Virus record (IMG/VR): IMGVR_UViG_2737471818_000008
Reading direction: 5' to 3' (one strand)
DNA from: a virus
Taxonomy: Duplodnaviria; Heunggongvirae; Uroviricota; Caudoviricetes
DNA: 15,982 nucleotides
Shown here: positions 14,234-15,982 of the stretch, piece by piece
Layout of the letters: every line of letters begins with the position of its first letter
How positions within the stretch are numbered: position 1 is the stretch's first letter
The notes under the pieces: model-generated
The model's database searches: none
The model's input: only the letters and a program-made list of their open reading frames with translations
What the model was told of the DNA's origin: nothing
Translations under genes and position numbers: made by a program

Positions 14234-15982
14234 GTGAAAATATCTTTTTTTGGCGTAAATAACTTTAGGACAATATCAGGTGGCATTGGTAATAATAGAA
14301 TAATATTTAAAGATAGCAATACGCTTTTCATTTACGGGGCAAACAATGCTGGAAAATCAACTTATTTAAAAGCATATATGTTTTTTTACAGTAATGAAAA
14401 ACCTATCATTGATGATTTCTTTAAACGAGACGACAATAATTCTATTGAGTTTGAATTAGAAGTTCAACTTGATGACTTGGATAAAGAAAGAATAGAAGCC
14501 AAAGCACCGAAGCAAAAGGAAAGTTATAAGAAGTATTTAAATAATGATTTTATTAGAATTAAGAAAGTATGGAGTAAAAATGGAACAAGAATAGAGGATA
14601 AAAATTATACTTATGATTATAGTAAAGGAGATAGCGGCGAGTATGATGAAGTTGGATATGCAACGATTGGTTTGCATCAGGTCTTCCAATCTTGTTTGCC
14701 AAAACCTGTATTTATAAAGGCTATGCCAACAGAGGAAGAAGCTAAGAAGATTCTTAATGAAATCCTAAAGATGATGGCTGAAAATACACTTAAAACATCT
14801 GATCTTGATGAATTAAAAGCAGCTCAGAATAAAATAAAAGAATTACAAGACAAAATGTATGATCCAGAATTGATTGAGACCTATCAGAATTCAGTTAACG
14901 GATACTTTAACAAGATATTCGGTGATACTGCTATATGCTTCAAAGATCAAAAAGATAGGGTTGTTTGGACGGAGAATAAGCTTGGCAGAGATTTTGAAAT
15001 TGAGTTTATGAAAAAAAATAGCCAAGGGGAGTTTGATGGCAATATCCCTTCAAGTTATAGCAGTGTAGGTCATGGAACTATTAGGACTGCAATATTTACA
15101 TTATTATTGATGAGAGATGTAGCAGAGCGTTTTGAAAGAAGGCTTGGACGTAAGGATTACATGGTTCTGTTTGAGGAGCCTGAGCTATTTCTCTATCCTA
15201 GAATGGTGAAGGAACTTCGTGAATTGATTTATCAGGTGAGCACTGAAGACCTTCCATATCAAGTACTTTGTGCCTCACATTCATCTTCCATGATAGATCT
15301 TTCAAAGCCTAAATCTTCGATAATACGATTAGTTAATAATTCTACTGGAACTAAATCATATCAAATTAATGATCAATTTTTGAAGGATGCAAAAGGCATT
15401 GCTACAAATGCTGAACTTAAACAAGAAATGTATGAAGTTTTGAGGTTTAACCCTTATATTTGTGAATCATTCTACGCTGATGAGGTGCTTCTGATTGAGG
15501 GGCCAACAGAAGAAATAATATGTAGAGCTTTTTTACAAGAAACCCCATCAGATAAATCTATATTCGTATTGAACTGTGGTACGGTTAATAACATTCCTTT
15601 TTATCAAAAAATCTTCTCAAGGTTTAATATAAAATATCATGTGATCTGTGATACAGATAAAGCAGAAATAGTTACCGTAGATCAATCTGGCAATGCAGAT
15701 TTTGATTCTGGAATACAGAAAACAATTTCAGAACAGTATAGGAATGATTGTACTGCAATGAATGGTAATATAGGACTACTTCGAACTCATAACATTACAT
15801 TTGAACCTGCTCATCAGGATGTTAGTATTCCTGACTTTTTGAGATTTGTTGATTGCGGTGATAGAAGCAAACCATTTAATGCAAACTTGTACTGGAAGGA
15901 TATTTTAAGGCCAAATATATCACATCAAGATATAAATAAAGTGCCTATAATTAAGTATTTGAATGAAATAATAGCACATTAA
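14234..15982 (+). CDS. OLD-family ATP-dependent nuclease (N-terminal ABC-type ATPase plus C-terminal TOPRIM domain); class 1 OLD or Gabija GajA-like; candidate anti-phage defence protein
   Basis: 582-aa ORF with GTG start and AAGGAAA upstream, in strongly AT-rich DNA. Motifs read directly: Walker A GANNAGKST (near 14336-14362), Walker B MVLFEEPELF (near 15161-15190), H-loop-like ASHS, TOPRIM glutamate LLIEGPTEE (near 15491-15517) and DxD ICDTDK (near 15644-15661). Size matches P2 Old and GajA. Confidence 0.85.
   Translation: MKISFFGVNNFRTISGGIGNNRIIFKDSNTLFIYGANNAGKSTYLKAYMFFYSNEKPIIDDFFKRDDNNSIEFELEVQLDDLDKERIEAKAPKQKESYKKYLNNDFIRIKKVWSKNGTRIEDKNYTYDYSKGDSGEYDEVGYATIGLHQVFQSCLPKPVFIKAMPTEEEAKKILNEILKMMAENTLKTSDLDELKAAQNKIKELQDKMYDPELIETYQNSVNGYFNKIFGDTAICFKDQKDRVVWTENKLGRDFEIEFMKKNSQGEFDGNIPSSYSSVGHGTIRTAIFTLLLMRDVAERFERRLGRKDYMVLFEEPELFLYPRMVKELRELIYQVSTEDLPYQVLCASHSSSMIDLSKPKSSIIRLVNNSTGTKSYQINDQFLKDAKGIATNAELKQEMYEVLRFNPYICESFYADEVLLIEGPTEEIICRAFLQETPSDKSIFVLNCGTVNNIPFYQKIFSRFNIKYHVICDTDKAEIVTVDQSGNADFDSGIQKTISEQYRNDCTAMNGNIGLLRTHNITFEPAHQDVSIPDFLRFVDCGDRSKPFNANLYWKDILRPNISHQDINKVPIIKYLNEIIAH

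Larger units (their letters stand above)
1445..15982 (+). mobile_element. Left portion of an integrated P4-like / PICI-like satellite element inserted at the 3' end of tRNA-Thr; right boundary beyond the window
   Basis: A tyrosine integrase sits immediately after the tRNA, followed co-directionally by AlpA, a P4-family primase with iterons, then mosaic AT-rich cargo. No attR direct repeat of the tRNA 3' end is present in the window. Confidence 0.75.

Overview
The window runs from the core gene proA and tRNA-Thr(CGU) (thrW-like) into the left ~14.5 kb of an integrated P4-like / phage-inducible chromosomal island (PICI)-like satellite element; its right end (attR) lies beyond the window. In order, the element carries: a P4-type tyrosine integrase; an AT-rich orphan cargo gene; an AlpA-family regulator preceded by palindromic repeats; an antirepressor-like gene; a divergent repressor/operator switch containing a 59-aa ORF absent from the ORF track; a run of small overlapping ORFs ending in a P4-family primase/helicase; an iteron-type origin; a ProQ/FinO-domain RNA-binding protein coupled to a PerC-like regulator; a three-gene putative morphogenesis/packaging module followed by a two-motif repeat array; and an AT-rich cargo block encoding an OLD-family ATPase-TOPRIM nuclease. 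The OLD-family gene is the strongest candidate for an anti-phage defence system, but it ends exactly at the window edge, so any partner gene is unseen. All family assignments are from reading motifs by eye; no database search was run.
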